Assembly (NCBI GenBank): GCA_964578545.1
Contig: CAZODN010000001.1
Span: 8,139-72,138 of the forward strand
Length of the DNA stretch: 64,000 nucleotides
Origin: an uncultured Gaiellales bacterium
Lineage (GTDB): Bacteria > Actinomycetota > Thermoleophilia > Gaiellales > Gaiellaceae
Direction: 5' to 3'
In this document: positions 62,218 to 64,000 of the stretch, piece by piece
How positions within the stretch are numbered: position 1 is the first letter of the stretch
How the letters are laid out: the number at the start of each line of letters is the position of its first letter
The notes under the pieces: model-generated
Told to the model about the DNA's origin: nothing
The model's input: only the letters and a program-made list of their open reading frames with translations
The model's database searches: none
Position numbers and translations under genes: made by a program

Positions 62218-64000
62218 GCTAGCAGCTGCTAACTCACGCGCGCAAGGCCCCTTCACCTGGGTGCCGAGCGACGAGCAGCTCGCGCGCGCGAACGTCGCCC
62301 GCCTCGCGCGACGCCTGGGCTGCGACGGGTACGACGATCTCCACCGCGTCTCGATCGAGGAGCCCGACCGCTTCTGGCGCGCGGTGATGGACGACCTTGG
62401 CATCCCGCTCGCGCGGCACTGGGACCGGGTGCTCGACGACTCCCGCGGGCCGGAGTGGGCGACGTGGTTCCTCGGCGCCCGGCTGAACGTCGCCGACGCG
62501 TGCGTGCATCGCTGGGCGCGGGAGCGCCCGGACGAGGAGGCCGCGGTCTGGGCGCCCGAGGTGGGCGAGCGGCGGTCGCTGACCTGGGCCGAGCTCTCGC
62601 TCGAGGTGCGGCGCCTCGCGGAAGCGCTTCGGGAGCTCGGCATCGAGGAGGGTGACGTCGTCGGGACCTTCCTCCCCATGGCACCGGAGGCGGCGATCGC
62701 GTCGCACGCGTGCGCGCACCTCGGCGCCGTCCAGGTCCCGGTCTTCTCCGGGTTCGCCGGGCCGGCCGTCTCCTCGCGGCTCGCCGACGCCGGAGCCAAG
62801 CTCGTGCTCACCGCGGACGCCTCGTACCGGCGGGGGAAGCTCGTCCCCATGAAGGAGGTCCTCGACGAGGCGCTGGAGGACGCGCCAGGCGTCGAGCGCG
62901 TCGTCGTCTGGAGACGAGCCGGCGGGACGTGCCCGATGACGCCCGGCCGCGACCTCTGGTGGGACGACGTCGTCTCCGCGCAGCCCGGGACTCTCGAGCC
63001 CGTGGAGGTCGAGAGCGAGGCGCCCTACCTCATCGCCTACACGTCCGGGACGACCGGGAAGCCGAAGGGCGCCGTGCACGTCCAGGGCGGGTTCCTCGTC
63101 TCGATCGCCCGCGAGACCGCGTACCAGGCCGACCTGCGGACGGACGACCGCGTCCTCTTCTGCACGGACATGGGCTGGATCATGGGCCCGTGGACGGTCG
63201 TGGGCGCGATGGCATGCGGCTCGACGGTGGTCTTCATGGAGGGCGCCCCCGACTTCCCGCACGATCGCGTGTGGGAGCTCGTCGAGGCGGAGCGGGTCAC
63301 GATGCTCGGCGTGTCGCCGACGCTCGTGCGCGCGCTGATCCCGCACGGCGACCCCGACGCCGACCTCTCCTCCCTGCGCTCGGTCGTCACGACCGGGGAG
63401 CCGTGGAACCGCGGGCCCTACGACTGGCTCGACGAGCACGTCTGCGGCAAGGGGCGCATCCCCATCGTCAACTGCTCGGGAGGCACCGAGGTCGGCGCCT
63501 GCTTCCTGTCCGTGACGATGCTGCGCCCGACGAAGCCGGTCTCGCTCGGCTTCCCCGCGCTCGGCGAGGACATGGACGTCTTCGACGACCACGGGCGGCC
63601 GGTGCGGGGCGAGGTGGGCGAGCTCGTGTGCAAGCGCCCCTGGCCGGGAATGACCCGCGGGATCTGGGGCGACCCCGAGCGCTACCTCGAGACGTACTGG
63701 CGCCGGTTCCCGGGCGTCTGGACGCACGGCGACTGGGCCTCCGTCGACGAGGACGGGTACTGGTTCCTGCACGGGCGCTCCGACGACACGCTCAACATCG
63801 CCGGCAAGCGGATCGGCCCCGCCGAGCTCGAGTCCGCGGCCGTCGGGCACACTGCGGTCGTGGAGGCGGCCGCGGTGGGGATCCCCCACGAGGTCAAGGG
63901 CGAGGTCGCCTGGCTCTACTGCGTGCTCGCGCCGGGCGCCGAGACGACGGAGCAGGAGGTCACCGACGCGGTCGTCGAGGAGCTCGGGAAGGCCTTCGCC
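62207..64000 (+). CDS. AMP-dependent synthetase/ligase of the acetyl-/acetoacetyl-CoA synthetase type (3' end beyond the window; start uncertain)
   Basis: Absent from the track because it is open at the window edge. My translation gives ...FTWVPSDEQLARANV...PYLIAYTSGTTGKPKGAVHVQGG...TDMGWIMGPW...TTGEPWN...YWFLHGRSDDTLNIAGKRIGPAELESA, which contains AMP-binding motifs. The 551-aa antisense track ORF 62234..63889(-) is spurious. Confidence 0.85.
   Translation, partial: MDTKLAAANSRAQGPFTWVPSDEQLARANVARLARRLGCDGYDDLHRVSIEEPDRFWRAVMDDLGIPLARHWDRVLDDSRGPEWATWFLGARLNVADACVHRWARERPDEEAAVWAPEVGERRSLTWAELSLEVRRLAEALRELGIEEGDVVGTFLPMAPEAAIASHACAHLGAVQVPVFSGFAGPAVSSRLADAGAKLVLTADASYRRGKLVPMKEVLDEALEDAPGVERVVVWRRAGGTCPMTPGRDLWWDDVVSAQPGTLEPVEVESEAPYLIAYTSGTTGKPKGAVHVQGGFLVSIARETAYQADLRTDDRVLFCTDMGWIMGPWTVVGAMACGSTVVFMEGAPDFPHDRVWELVEAERVTMLGVSPTLVRALIPHGDPDADLSSLRSVVTTGEPWNRGPYDWLDEHVCGKGRIPIVNCSGGTEVGACFLSVTMLRPTKPVSLGFPALGEDMDVFDDHGRPVRGEVGELVCKRPWPGMTRGIWGDPERYLETYWRRFPGVWTHGDWASVDEDGYWFLHGRSDDTLNIAGKRIGPAELESAAVGHTAVVEAAAVGIPHEVKGEVAWLYCVLAPGAETTEQEVTDAVVEELGKAFA

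Noticed and set aside
1-64000. Mobile elements, prophage, integrase/transposase genes, toxin-antitoxin pairs, or large compositional islands
   Set aside because: I recognised none in any frame. Composition looks uniformly GC-rich apart from short promoter patches. The basic pstS2 gene has a somewhat different amino-acid flavour, but there are no flanking repeats or mobility genes.

Overview
This is a very GC-rich, gene-dense chromosomal segment with about 60 supportable protein genes. I saw no rRNA, tRNA, CRISPR array, transposase or integrase. Gene content and signals look actinobacterial. Many genes are leaderless-type, with a TANNNT box 5-7 nt upstream of the start codon. 4-nt start/stop overlaps are frequent, and 11-nt-spaced GTTCACC-type repeats sit upstream of pstS. 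A deep-branching Actinomycetota lineage is only a low-confidence guess. Left to right the window holds: hisG (partial) and a yerC-like gene, divergent from hisA; a PPK2 pseudogene; two unknown proteins; a zinc-ribbon/cyclase/STAND/TPR giant; TetR plus two MDR oxidoreductases; a sulfurtransferase, a tryptophanase-like lyase and Dps; a cupin and a deacetylase; LtrA plus a metallopeptidase; a PHP protein and a Rieske oxygenase; ppk1-ppx and a SixA-like gene; an arsenic locus (MIP channel-arsR | arsC; TauE-OsmC | acr3); a second pstS and pstSCAB-phoU, both with PHO-box-like repeats; TerC with a candidate Mn riboswitch; a histidine kinase, an RTX-like protein and a response regulator; MarR-MFS; a dehalogenase; korAB; VOC, O-antigen-ligase-like and methyltransferase genes; an AlkA-like glycosylase; proC; fadA-fadB; a helicase; PAC2-ctaA-selD; an SDR; a rhodanese; a Trx-like lipoprotein; an XRE-TPR regulator; TetR-MFS; and a partial AMP-dependent synthetase. 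Most long track ORFs antisense to these genes are GC-driven artefacts. The most interesting region is 58.0-60.2 kb. There an HTH-TPR regulator is followed 14 nt later by an unannotated 31-codon signal-peptide-like ORF, which is the RRNPP-like receptor/propeptide layout. Upstream of the regulator lies the largest noncoding gap in the window. That gap holds a near-consensus orphan promoter driving a roughly 175-nt structured RNA that ends in a strong terminator, followed by a 181-bp tandem repeat. All functional calls come from my reading of the translations and motifs; no database search was run.
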